64,000 bases of DNA, from the IMG/VR virus record IMGVR_UViG_3300042924_005659; one strand, given 5' to 3'. Shown piece by piece: positions 30,013 to 38,973 of the stretch; position 1 is the stretch's first letter, and every line of letters starts with the position of its first letter. The notes below the pieces were generated by a model that ran no database searches, was not told the origin of the DNA, and saw nothing but the letters and a program-made list of their open reading frames with translations. This DNA comes from a virus. Made by a program: the position numbers and the translations under genes.

Positions 30013-30699
30013 TCATGCTCCTAGTTGATAGTTGATCTCTGTGTTCTTCATTATAGCATTAACTGAGATTTGTCTCAGCAAACGAGACGCCTGGGGAGTT
30101 AAAGTCCAGGAGTAAACAAATTCGTACTGCACCGGAATCTGAATTACGATATTTTCCAGATTTTGTTCCATATCTCCGGGCTCATTGATTGCCGGGACTT
30201 CCCATCGAGAAAAGCCCATCCATTCTCTTAATAGTGGGCCAAAATGGCTTAAATAGCCATGTACCTCTCTAGCAATCAGTTCGGCTTGAGCTACTGTTTT
30301 GGCTAACACCAATACAGTATGAGTACCAGTGATTCGCTTGTAATAGTCCGATCCAGTGCCTCCTAAGGCTCTGTCTCCGATACTAAGTTTATTCTCCTGC
30401 CACACTCCTGGCTTTATCAAAATGGCAGGACGGACGCCCATTTGAGATACGTTAACTGAAAAATAGTTTTCAATTATTACTTGAAAAGGTGCCTTAAGCG
30501 CCTCTTCAGTAGCCTCGGGAGCCCAGTAAAATTCTTTTAATTGTGGGTGCAATATATTGTCAGAGCTACTAAATAGCTGGCGCAGACAATCCTGCAGCAC
30601 TCCGCTTACAGCAAGCCGGGAAGGAAACTGGCAACCTATATGAGCCTCTGGATTTAGCTCTGCAGGTTTGTCAATCTCAGTTGTATTAGGCTCGGCCAT
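30013..30699 (-). CDS. Tail terminator / completion protein
   Basis: Directly upstream of the sheath; RPAILIKPG, HTVLVLAKTVAQAELIAREV and IQIPVQYEFVYSW fit the lambda gpU-like fold. Confidence 0.6.
   Translation of the reverse strand: MAEPNTTEIDKPAELNPEAHIGCQFPSRLAVSGVLQDCLRQLFSSSDNILHPQLKEFYWAPEATEEALKAPFQVIIENYFSVNVSQMGVRPAILIKPGVWQENKLSIGDRALGGTGSDYYKRITGTHTVLVLAKTVAQAELIAREVHGYLSHFGPLLREWMGFSRWEVPAINEPGDMEQNLENIVIQIPVQYEFVYSWTLTPQASRLLRQISVNAIMKNTEINYQLGA
30050..30058 (-). promoter_or_regulatory. TGCTATAAT extended -10 box 44 nt upstream of the sheath ATG
   Basis: Exact motif inside the last codons of 30013..30699, followed by an AGGAG RBS and the sheath start; could be a coding coincidence. 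Confidence 0.45.
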
Positions 30700-30706
30700 T
30701 CAGATA

Positions 30707-30735
30707 ATTATAGTAAAAAACCTTTAGCGATGCAA
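30707..30735 (-). promoter_or_regulatory. Sigma70-type promoter TTGCAT-N17-TATAAT, probably giving a leaderless mRNA
   Basis: -35 at 30730-30735, -10 at 30707-30712; only 7 nt to the ATG at 30699 and no RBS. Confidence 0.65.
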
Positions 30736-30736
30736 T

Positions 30737-31297
30737 CTACATTTTGCAGACCACGAAGTATTCGCTTTTATCTAGCTGATTTTCTTCAAGTATTTCAAAA
30801 TTCGAGATGCCAATACTGAGCAGCAAGTTTCTAATTTCAACCTTGCTGAAATAGACAAATCGATCCTGCTGAAATACTCTTAGTTCGTCTTTTAATGTTT
30901 CTTTAAATACGGTAAAGATCAGTGTGGAGCTACATACCTTTTTAGCTGATTGCAGCAGCTGCTTCAAGATAAGTTTGTTTTTTAGCTCATCTCTGTCTAT
31001 GTTGTAGGTAACCGTACCAAATAGGCAGACCAAATCGTATTTGCCGGAGACGGGAATAGCAGAATAGGTCGGACACTTGCAGTGCGCTAGAGCTTCTGGT
31101 CTGATATCTACGGCCTCGTAGTGAACCTTTATGTCCTTTAGTCTTAGCCAATCCTGTAAAAAACAAGGCCCAGAGCCTACATCAAGCACTGAGCTAAAAG
31201 AAAACCTATCCAAGATTGAGAATCTTTTTTCTGCTGCCGCTTTGCCGTAGCCGTTACTGAGTCCGTCTCTATATATGTCGTTTATAGAAAAGCTCAT
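30737..31297 (-). CDS. Class I SAM-dependent methyltransferase
   Basis: Motif I VLDVGSGP, motif II YEAVDIRPE, YDLVCLFGTVTYN; visibly more A/T-rich than flanking genes. Confidence 0.85.
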   Translation of the reverse strand: MSFSINDIYRDGLSNGYGKAAAEKRFSILDRFSFSSVLDVGSGPCFLQDWLRLKDIKVHYEAVDIRPEALAHCKCPTYSAIPVSGKYDLVCLFGTVTYNIDRDELKNKLILKQLLQSAKKVCSSTLIFTVFKETLKDELRVFQQDRFVYFSKVEIRNLLLSIGISNFEILEENQLDKSEYFVVCKM

Positions 31298-31298
31298 G

Positions 31299-31706
31299 TT
31301 AGCCCAGGATTTCCTGCTTTCGATTCTCCGTCAGCAGATTGATGGATACCAGATAGTCCAATCCAGCTAGAGTAACCTCATTGTCCGTCGAAATCTCTTG
31401 TGCAGCTCCGGCGAGTTGTTGGAAGTCGGCAACCTGAGGATCAGTAAGAGCCGCAGCTCTAAATGCAGCTCTCTCGTCTGCCGTAAATCGCAGCAAGAAT
31501 TGATACGCCGTGTATGTTTTTGGAGTATGGGTTGGATTTCCGAAGAATCTTGGATTTTGATTCTCGTCGTAATTCTGGCCTATAAGGCAAGATTCGTTTT
31601 CTGATAGCGCTACTAAATATAGTCCGTCTCCTGGATTCCAGGAAAAATCGGCAATCGCTACGTTGATAACGGTATCTGTATTGGAATCAATTATTGCGCA
31701 ACGCAT
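31299..31706 (-). CDS. Putative tail fibre assembly / accessory protein
   Basis: MRCAIIDSNTDTVINVAIAD...CLIGQNYD is typical of small genes following Gly-rich fibre genes. Confidence 0.45.
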   Translation of the reverse strand: MRCAIIDSNTDTVINVAIADFSWNPGDGLYLVALSENESCLIGQNYDENQNPRFFGNPTHTPKTYTAYQFLLRFTADERAAFRAAALTDPQVADFQQLAGAAQEISTDNEVTLAGLDYLVSINLLTENRKQEILG

Positions 31707-31715
31707 AGATGCCTC

Positions 31716-32660
31716 TTAGTAAGCGATAATCAACACGTATCCATTTCCGCCTCTACCGCCAGAGCCAGTGGTTATATCGTTCAATGCCCCGCCTCCGCCT
31801 CCGCCTCCGCTACCGCGATAGCCAGCACCACCACTGTTTGCGGAAGTGGAACCGCCTCCGCCTCCACCAGGACCTCCAAATCCAGGACCAAGCACTCCAC
31901 CAAACGGAGATCCTATAATCGCTGCTGCGCTGAGTGGAGGCGTTGCTGTGTTTATTGAGCCGCCATTAAGTACGTTAGTGTTTCGAGCTACATTGGGCCA
32001 AGTAACCGTAGAAGTGTTTACTGTGGGTTGGGTAATACCCCCACCAGAACCCGCTGCGCCCGCACCACCTGTACCTACTCCTCCGCCGCCTGCACCACCA
32101 TTAGAATACGGATTAAGTACGGTAACACCAGTTCCGCCGAAGTTAGTACCACCGTTACCGCCAGCGCCAGCCGAAAATGTCGTTCCGTAAACCATTCTAA
32201 CTGCTGCGCCACCTGATATACCGCTAGTATTTGATCCACCCTGTCCTAGTCCACCGCCAACTGCCGTGATAAGAGTGCCTGGTAGGCCTGGAACGGTAAT
32301 GGTAGTGCTTGCGCCGCCGCCCCCGTTACTTCCCGAGGCATTATTTGTTATAGCGCCAGATCCGGCGGTTCCACCCGCTCCAATGGTTATTAGAAGAGTA
32401 GAACCTACGCTCAATCCTAGCTCTCGAACATCAAAGGTAGTTAATACAGCACAGCCTCCAGCGCCACCACCTCCACCGAAAGAGTTAGTACCAGATGCTC
32501 TTCGGCCTCCGCCTCCACCGCCGCCTCCACCGCCCACTGCAAGGATGGTCAGCTGCGTAGCGCCCGCAGGAATAGTGTAGCTGCCGCTAACATCAAACTC
32601 CTTTAATTCGATAGGGCTAGACCTAACACCTAGTGGAAATCCAAAAATACCAGTATTCAT
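31716..32660 (-). CDS. Glycine-rich fibre/structural protein
   Basis: FDVSGSYTIPAGATQLTILAVGGGGGGGGG...GGGGGAGG...GGRGGNGYVLIIAY is the phage glycine-rich (polyglycine II) domain pattern. Confidence 0.75.
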   Translation of the reverse strand: MNTGIFGFPLGVRSSPIELKEFDVSGSYTIPAGATQLTILAVGGGGGGGGGGRRASGTNSFGGGGGAGGCAVLTTFDVRELGLSVGSTLLITIGAGGTAGSGAITNNASGSNGGGGASTTITVPGLPGTLITAVGGGLGQGGSNTSGISGGAAVRMVYGTTFSAGAGGNGGTNFGGTGVTVLNPYSNGGAGGGGVGTGGAGAAGSGGGITQPTVNTSTVTWPNVARNTNVLNGGSINTATPPLSAAAIIGSPFGGVLGPGFGGPGGGGGGSTSANSGGAGYRGSGGGGGGGALNDITTGSGGRGGNGYVLIIAY

Positions 32661-33070
32661 AGTAAACCAGACTCGACGATTACATTGAACGTTTCGGTAT
32701 TGTTAGTCGAGGCTCTAAGCAAAGCAGTATTTCCACCAGGTAGAATGAATCCCGCCAATTCGTTTACTTCCATTCTAAACGCAGCAACAGAGGTGCTGGG
32801 AGTAATTGAAGGCACCAGCTTCTCGCAGATAAGTCTATTGGTGGTTCCGTTGTCTAGGGACAAATAGAATCTAATTACTCCGTTAGTAGTAGTTCCGGTT
32901 GCTTGAACTATCACTCTGGATATGCGTTCGCCTACTCCGGCAGCGGCAGAAGTAGCAGGCCCTGCTGCCACAGTGACTATAGTTCCAGTGCCGTCTCTAT
33001 TGGTGTTTGCAGTAGTAAGCTGACTGTATTCCAGGTTTGGTTGTACCGTAAACTGTGCTGTTGTAGCCAT
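32657..33070 (-). CDS. Small beta-rich virion accessory protein
   Basis: TANTNRDGTGTIVTV...ATGTTTNGVIRFYLS; commonly found beside Gly-rich fibre genes (recalled). Confidence 0.45.
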   Translation of the reverse strand: MATTAQFTVQPNLEYSQLTTANTNRDGTGTIVTVAAGPATSAAAGVGERISRVIVQATGTTTNGVIRFYLSLDNGTTNRLICEKLVPSITPSTSVAAFRMEVNELAGFILPGGNTALLRASTNNTETFNVIVESGLL

Positions 33071-33079
33071 ATATATACC

Positions 33080-34150
33080 TCAGACTATTCCTCGTGAGTA
33101 TAGAGAAAGTATCTCGGCGGAGCTTAAGTCTCCTCCGCTGGGAGTGTTCCAAGTAAGAGTTCCAGAGCCGTTTGTCGTAAGTACTTGTCCGTTAGAGCCT
33201 CGAGTAGTAGGGAAGGTATAGGAGTTGGCTCCTGCAGCGTAGAATGTAATTGTGTTGCCGGTGTCGTTGACTTCAAGTACATTGCCGTTGCCTCCTCCTT
33301 CCCAGTCTCCTATTCTGGTTATGTTTACTCCTCCAAATCCCATACTGCCGGACTGGTCGGAATTATTAAAGCCAAAATCAGTTGTATTGACTGAAAAGTA
33401 AAGACTATTTTCTACCTTGCTGTTAGTGTAGGTGCCGCCTAGACCGGCGCCTCCAAACAAATTAATGGTACTTCCGGTTGCGCTGCTGCCAATAGTAAAA
33501 GTTTGAGCAGCAATAGCACTGGCGGCAAAGTTTACGGTAGTAGCAGAGTCCGCTATGTTGAATGTGGAAGACGACGTGGTGATGTCGCCACCATTGACGG
33601 CCAGATCTCCTGCCACTGTCAGCGTATCAGTAGTCTTGTTGTAGGTGAGTCCGGCATCTCCACCAAATGCACTGCTGTCGTTAAATTGAACTTGAGTATC
33701 CGAACCGCCAGGAGATCCGCCGCCACCTGATACGGTGGACCATTTCAACGTGGCATCGTTGCCCGTCACTACATCTATGGCAAGAACTTGATTTGCCGAA
33801 CCTACAGCCGTAGGCAAGGTGTATACGTTGTTATTTGCTACTGTAGTTGCCGCCGTAAGGGCTACGTAATTAGACGAATCGGAATCAGCAAATCTGAATT
33901 CTTTTTTGTCTCTAAGTGTCATGTGCCCAGAGAAGCTCTTTGCGCCGCTGATGGTCTGCGTGGTCGAGATGGTGACCAGATTGCTGGTCAGATCACTCAT
34001 TGCAGACAATGACTTTACGGTACCAGAGCTGTTCTTAAAAAAGATTTTCTCGTCGACAGTGTTGATTGCCAACTCACCAGCCGCCAGCTGTCCACCCGTG
34101 GGAACAGCTGTAGAAGTTGCGCTTCTTTTAATGAGTACCGTATGGGCCAT
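33080..34150 (-). CDS. Tail fibre protein with Mtd_N-like N-terminus
   Basis: IKRSATSTAVPTGGQLAAGELAINTVDEKIFFK; repeated fibre joints YTLPTAVGSANQVL and YTFPTTRGSNGQVLTTNGSGTLTW. Confidence 0.75.
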   Translation of the reverse strand: MAHTVLIKRSATSTAVPTGGQLAAGELAINTVDEKIFFKNSSGTVKSLSAMSDLTSNLVTISTTQTISGAKSFSGHMTLRDKKEFRFADSDSSNYVALTAATTVANNNVYTLPTAVGSANQVLAIDVVTGNDATLKWSTVSGGGGSPGGSDTQVQFNDSSAFGGDAGLTYNKTTDTLTVAGDLAVNGGDITTSSSTFNIADSATTVNFAASAIAAQTFTIGSSATGSTINLFGGAGLGGTYTNSKVENSLYFSVNTTDFGFNNSDQSGSMGFGGVNITRIGDWEGGGNGNVLEVNDTGNTITFYAAGANSYTFPTTRGSNGQVLTTNGSGTLTWNTPSGGDLSSAEILSLYSRGIV

Positions 34151-34162
34151 GGGAACCTGCTT

Positions 34163-34528
34163 TTAAAAATCGTCTTTAGTCGACTCTACTACAGCTGGCC
34201 TCTTAGAGACTGTTTTACTAGAAGCTTTTAAAGAAGCCTCCAGTTCAAAGATTCTGGATTTGGCGAGTGCCAACTGTCCGTCTAGATCTGCAATGCGAGC
34301 ATTTGCTTGAGTCAACGCATTGCGCATAACGCTCTCGTCAGAAACCAACTTAGAGCTAGTACTGTCTAAATTGGACTTTATCTTGGCGAGTTCCTCTGTC
34401 AGATGTCGATTTTTTGTAAGCTCGACATGGAGGTTAGTCTCCAAAATCATGTTGGAGTTGAACAACTCCTGGCACTTTCTTTGAAGTACGGGGACGGCGA
34501 CGATCTCTAAGTAATTTGGCTCTTGCAT
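34163..34528 (-). CDS. Coiled-coil protein between fibre genes
   Basis: Continuous heptad pattern LTEELAKIKSNLD...LTQANARIADLDGQLALAKSRIFELEASL. Confidence 0.55.
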   Translation of the reverse strand: MQEPNYLEIVAVPVLQRKCQELFNSNMILETNLHVELTKNRHLTEELAKIKSNLDSTSSKLVSDESVMRNALTQANARIADLDGQLALAKSRIFELEASLKASSKTVSKRPAVVESTKDDF

Positions 34529-34543
34529 GAGGCCATCTTAGTA

Positions 34544-36391
34544 TCAGTACCCACCGCCGTCAACTGTGTTTGTCCATGTTGGAACTCCAGAAGCATTTAC
34601 TGATAGAATCTGGCCTACAGAGTTTGTCCCATCCCAGGTTCCTGCGGCAGTAACGTTCAGTGCAGAAGAGCCGTTGCCATAGATGACACCGTTGGACGTA
34701 AAGCTGGTGACTCCAGTACCGCCGTTACCTACAGCAACAGTGCCTGTTACGTTTGCTGCGTTTCCGGTAATATTGCTGTCCGTGAATGCTAATGTCTTTG
34801 TGGCAGATCCATTATAGAACTTTAAAGTACCTGCGTTGTTCCAAAGATCTCCGGAAACTGGCGCGGAGGGATCTGCAGCTGCGCCCGCTAATAGGATATT
34901 GGCGGTTGAGGACGAGGTGGTAACAGTGGTTACCTTGCCGGTCATTGTTCCGCCGGCCTTGGGTAGAGCGGCGTTTGCTAAATCATATGCAGACTTAACT
35001 GATGCTGGAGTGGCTGCAGTCGTTGTAGACGTCGAGCTGATGCTATCGGTCAGCTGCAGAATACCGGTCTGAGAGGTGCTGCCTGTGCGAACGTCCGCAT
35101 AGTCGCCAGCAGTAACTCGGCCGTAAGAATCAACAGTAATAGATTTTGCAAAATTAATGCCTGCGCTGCCTATACTTCCAGTATAGCCAACTATTGCTAA
35201 GTCTATGCTGTCTGCGTTAACTACGATTCTGCCTGAATTGGCGGTGACTACGTTTAACGTGTTTCCTGATTTTGTGAGGCCGTCGCCTGCGGTAATCTGC
35301 CCGGCACCAGAAAACTGAGCCCAGTTAAGAGATGTACCAGAGCCTCCACCGATCACAATAGGAGCATTAGTGGTAAGAACCCAACCGGAATCCGCGTTTA
35401 CTGTGCCTTCTTCTACAAAAGTAAATGCTCCTGGAGTGACTTCAACGTCAGAATCAAAGTCGGTAGCTCGATCCCAAACACCGTTAGATCCGGTACCTGC
35501 AGTAGTCACTACCCAAATACCATTCTGGGCTCCAGTGCTTTGGTCTTTGAGCAAAATTCTATCGCCGGCAACGAGAGTAACTCCATCGATAGAGTTAGTC
35601 GCTCCTGTGATCTGGCCTCTCGCTGAGGTGCCGCCTGTTGCAGAGTAGGTAACAGAGATATTGGCCGTAGACGCGACATGGACTGAGTCTTTTACGTCCA
35701 AGCCTGTCTTAACTGCATCTACATACTGCTTAGTAGCTGCATGCAGCGCTGAGCTGGGATCTGCAGCAAGAGTAATTGCTCCAGTCATCGTGCCGCCTGA
35801 TTTTGGCAAAGCGGCATTAGCCAGATCATAAGCAGACTTTACGGAATTAGGAGTGGCTGCCGTAGTAGTCGAGGTGGAGCTAGTCGAGTCCGTAAGCTGC
35901 AGAATACCTGCAGAGCTAGTGCTTCCAGCAGCAACTGCAAACAACGCGTTGTCTCCGTGAGTAGCGTCGTTATTTGTTACAGTTACGGATAAAGGACTGG
36001 TGGCTCGTAGTTTAAACGTATCTCCGCCAGAGGCAGCAGCGGTGTTAGTGCCGTCTGTAATATTGGAGAACGCGTTTGCAGAAACGCTAGACCAACTAAG
36101 AGTGCCGCTGCCGTTGGTAGTAAGTACGTTGCCGTTAGAACCACCGGTAATAGACAAAGTGGTGGTACTGAACGTCTTTACTCCGGTCGGCGTTTGGTTA
36201 GTATCAAGTGTAAGAAACGCTCCAGAACCTCCGATCTTAATGACAGAGCTGGAGGCCGAGCTGTTTCCGCCCTTGCCGTAGTACAGAATGTCGTTGTTCT
36301 CGTTGAACGCCAATTCTGCATTTACAGTCTGCGATGTAGTTGGTGCAGTAGAGTCAGACGATCTGCGCTTAATACGAATTGTGTTTGCCAT
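34544..36391 (-). CDS. Tail fibre protein with Mtd_N-like start and two phage tail-fibre repeats
   Basis: IRIKRRS...APTTSQTVNAELAFNE; two copies of GST.(S/Q).GILQLTDS.SSTSTTTAATP.SVKSAYDLANAALPK.GGTMTG (classic fibre repeat); ends DGGGY. Confidence 0.85.
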   Translation of the reverse strand: MANTIRIKRRSSDSTAPTTSQTVNAELAFNENNDILYYGKGGNSSASSSVIKIGGSGAFLTLDTNQTPTGVKTFSTTTLSITGGSNGNVLTTNGSGTLSWSSVSANAFSNITDGTNTAAASGGDTFKLRATSPLSVTVTNNDATHGDNALFAVAAGSTSSAGILQLTDSTSSTSTTTAATPNSVKSAYDLANAALPKSGGTMTGAITLAADPSSALHAATKQYVDAVKTGLDVKDSVHVASTANISVTYSATGGTSARGQITGATNSIDGVTLVAGDRILLKDQSTGAQNGIWVVTTAGTGSNGVWDRATDFDSDVEVTPGAFTFVEEGTVNADSGWVLTTNAPIVIGGGSGTSLNWAQFSGAGQITAGDGLTKSGNTLNVVTANSGRIVVNADSIDLAIVGYTGSIGSAGINFAKSITVDSYGRVTAGDYADVRTGSTSQTGILQLTDSISSTSTTTAATPASVKSAYDLANAALPKAGGTMTGKVTTVTTSSSTANILLAGAAADPSAPVSGDLWNNAGTLKFYNGSATKTLAFTDSNITGNAANVTGTVAVGNGGTGVTSFTSNGVIYGNGSSALNVTAAGTWDGTNSVGQILSVNASGVPTWTNTVDGGGY

Positions 36392-36416
36392 GACTTACCT
36401 TTCTATGTGAGCCTGG

Positions 36417-36425
36417 ATTATAGTA
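36417..36425 (-). promoter_or_regulatory. TACTATAAT -10 box upstream of the fibre gene
   Basis: Exact motif in the 55-nt intergenic gap, followed by an AAAGG RBS. Confidence 0.55.
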
Positions 36426-36446
36426 AATTAAACTATAGATGCCAGC

Positions 36447-37658
36447 TTATACTATCTCAAACCAGGACATGTCTGCCAATATATTAGTATTACTACCAGT
36501 GCCTGCAGCTACAACAAGAGTAAAGGTATCGCTAACTCCAGCTAAAGTACGCCCCAACTGAAAATTAAAGCTATTTGCGGAGTTTATGTTTACAGTCTCT
36601 TTGTTGTTTATATAGCCTCCAATTATGTCCGTGCCGGTAGCACCAGTAGTGCCAGCAGTATGAACGCAATACGAAACATTGTTGTTGTAATGCGTAGTAA
36701 AAACGGGGGCAGTCCCGGTAAATGAGGGATTTAGAAGAACTCTGTAGCTAATCCAGGTACTTGAAGTTGCAGTTATGCTTATATCGGAAGGGATTATGAC
36801 GCTGTCCAAACGTCCTGGAGCAAGACGTATTGACAAAACAGGTCTGTAGTTTCCATGAGCTCCTAGATCTAGAGGCGTTGTGCCGTTAGAAATATTGTAT
36901 CGTCTACTAAATCCCTCGTATCCACCATCGGATATCACGCTAGAGCAGATCTGCTTTGCTGTAGAGTTGGCTAACGTAGTATTTACGTTTTCAATCTCTT
37001 GTCGCAACGGCAGTACCGCAGTGGTCATATAGGTGGTTGGTTTTAGATTCTCGTTATGAAATATATGGGCTACTATGGGACGACCGTCGACTATAAAGCC
37101 CACTCGTACGTCGCCTACTCCGAGCCACTCAATATCCATCCACAGAATGTTGCCTTTGGTTAGGTCTATCGTTCTACCTGAGGGACCGGTTCCATTGAAC
37201 TTATCTCCATTCCAGGACGATTGAGCTACTTTTGTTTCCTGTATAGCGCCAGAAACAAAACTTCTAAGAACTAAGTAGATCGTGTTGTCTAGTTGCTCAA
37301 GAAATATTCCATTCTCGGCACCAAAGTATCCAACGCGTTGTCGTAGATTTGGTTGGGCTGCGGCAAAGACAAACGTGGTGAATATAAGTAATGACTTTCC
37401 CGGCTGATACGGGAATACTCTCTTTGTCTCTCTAATAACTCTGGCTTTAGATAATGTATTTACAGACAGATCTATTGCACTTTCGTTCGGCAGATATGTA
37501 ACGGATCCCCCGGCGGTCGTAGAGGTAGACCATTTGTCGTTCTCCTGGTATCTATGCTGCGAATCAAAAATGGTAAATGGATTTGATACTCTAAGCCGGT
37601 TAAACGCATCTACGGCGTTTGGTACAAATCCAACCTCATTGTTAAAAAGATAGCTCAT
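36447..37658 (-). CDS. Conserved phage virion-associated beta-sandwich protein
   Basis: DAFNRLRVSNPFTIFDSQHRY...YQPGKSLLIF...GDVRVGF pattern recalled from structural genes of aquatic T4-like phages. Confidence 0.55.
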   Translation of the reverse strand: MSYLFNNEVGFVPNAVDAFNRLRVSNPFTIFDSQHRYQENDKWSTSTTAGGSVTYLPNESAIDLSVNTLSKARVIRETKRVFPYQPGKSLLIFTTFVFAAAQPNLRQRVGYFGAENGIFLEQLDNTIYLVLRSFVSGAIQETKVAQSSWNGDKFNGTGPSGRTIDLTKGNILWMDIEWLGVGDVRVGFIVDGRPIVAHIFHNENLKPTTYMTTAVLPLRQEIENVNTTLANSTAKQICSSVISDGGYEGFSRRYNISNGTTPLDLGAHGNYRPVLSIRLAPGRLDSVIIPSDISITATSSTWISYRVLLNPSFTGTAPVFTTHYNNNVSYCVHTAGTTGATGTDIIGGYINNKETVNINSANSFNFQLGRTLAGVSDTFTLVVAAGTGSNTNILADMSWFEIV

Positions 37659-38965
37659 ATGATTCTCCAGCCAGAACGATAGATAAATTGCAATGCGCCG
37701 TTATTTAGATTTAAAATTACAGAAGCCTGATTGTCTATCAGTCCAGTAGCGGCAGTTATAGTGATTGCTCTATTGACGTATCCAGCTTGACCAGACTCAT
37801 CTTTGACTGTGAGCATCTGACCAGTTGCAGGATTGCTTGGCAACGTAATGGCAACGGTGCCGGCGTAGTTGACTCCGATATACGCATCCGTGATCAATGC
37901 CGAATAGCTGGACGAAGTCACAACAACAGTATTCGACAAACCTACTGAACCGGCTGGACCCGTAGGACCGGCTGGACCCGTAGGACCGGCTGGACCCGTG
38001 GCCCCAGGGGCCCCAGGAGCCCCTGGAGAACCGGGAGGCCCTGGAGGACCCGGAATACCCGGAGCACTTGGAGTGGCAGGGCTTGTGTAGTTAGGTACTG
38101 CCCACTCAGGAGTTGGCAGTGGCGCTTTGACAGTGCTTGTTGCAAATGCCGTAGAGGGAGGAGTAAATCCTTCTTTGTTCAGAGACACCAGCAAAGGCAC
38201 TATGTCTACCAGTGGCATTTCCTTGATCTGCATCTTGGCGGCAACTGGATGCAGGCCCAATCGCCCTATGATCGAGTAGTCTTTGATCTCGTATAGACGG
38301 CTAGTCTCAGCCTCCATCCACAGGTCTCTACTTGCTGCAACTGGAAATACCAGGCATCGGGCTTCAATGGCTCTGATCTCCTGAGGACCGGCAACGCTAG
38401 GCTGATCTCTTTGGTCCTCAGTACTCATAGCCAGTACTGGAAACTCTACTCCTGGAAAGTAGCCATCCTTGAATCCCGTGCCTGCGCAGTCACGGCACAT
38501 GCTGTGGACCAAGATGCCGGTATTCTTGTCGGTGCAGCTGCAGGCGGGACCATAGTATCTACGTTTAAATAGAAAACCCTTGGCAGCTCCTCTGTCGTTT
38601 CTCAGAGCCAGGTTTTCCTTACGGAGCAGCTCTCGTACCAGCCCCAGGTTTTTATCGTTTACGTTTCCCTGCAGTCCCCGCGCAGGAGAGTAGTATTCTC
38701 CAGCTGGAGTAGTCAGCTTTACTCTGTAAAAAGCCGCAGAGGGCATACCGGCATCTCTGAACTTTACGTCCATGAGATAGTCCACCTTCTGGCCGGAGCT
38801 TATGACGTAGTATTCCCCCGTATCGAAGCCAGTGGATATAGGGCTGAACTGAAGTTCAAATGTGTGCGGATATGGATCGTCGAACCGGGAGTCTAATACC
38901 CACGATACTGCAGTACGACCTAGTCCATCATAGAGAATGCGCAGGTCCTTGAAAGGCTCTCCCAT
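37655..38965 (-). CDS. Neck/head-closure protein fused to a collagen-like stalk and a C-terminal fibre domain
   Basis: C-x-C...C-x-x-C-x-GTG motif (ACSCTDK...MCRDCAGTGFKDGY); about 12 G-X-Y triplets; C-terminal ITLPSNPATGQMLTVKDESG domain. Confidence 0.6.
   Translation of the reverse strand: MGEPFKDLRILYDGLGRTAVSWVLDSRFDDPYPHTFELQFSPISTGFDTGEYYVISSGQKVDYLMDVKFRDAGMPSAAFYRVKLTTPAGEYYSPARGLQGNVNDKNLGLVRELLRKENLALRNDRGAAKGFLFKRRYYGPACSCTDKNTGILVHSMCRDCAGTGFKDGYFPGVEFPVLAMSTEDQRDQPSVAGPQEIRAIEARCLVFPVAASRDLWMEAETSRLYEIKDYSIIGRLGLHPVAAKMQIKEMPLVDIVPLLVSLNKEGFTPPSTAFATSTVKAPLPTPEWAVPNYTSPATPSAPGIPGPPGPPGSPGAPGAPGATGPAGPTGPAGPTGPAGSVGLSNTVVVTSSSYSALITDAYIGVNYAGTVAITLPSNPATGQMLTVKDESGQAGYVNRAITITAATGLIDNQASVILNLNNGALQFIYRSGWRII
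37949..38000. repeat. 18-bp tandem repeat (about 2.9 copies) encoding collagen GPTGPA
   Basis: ACCGGCTGGACCCGTAGG repeated from 37949. Confidence 0.85.
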
Positions 38966-38973
38966 AAATCACC

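Noticed and set aside
2022-36391. Diversity-generating retroelement suggested by Mtd_N-like domains
   Set aside because: No reverse transcriptase and no adenine-mismatched TR/VR pair seen. The duplicated block in 34544..36391 is an in-frame fibre repeat with mostly synonymous differences.
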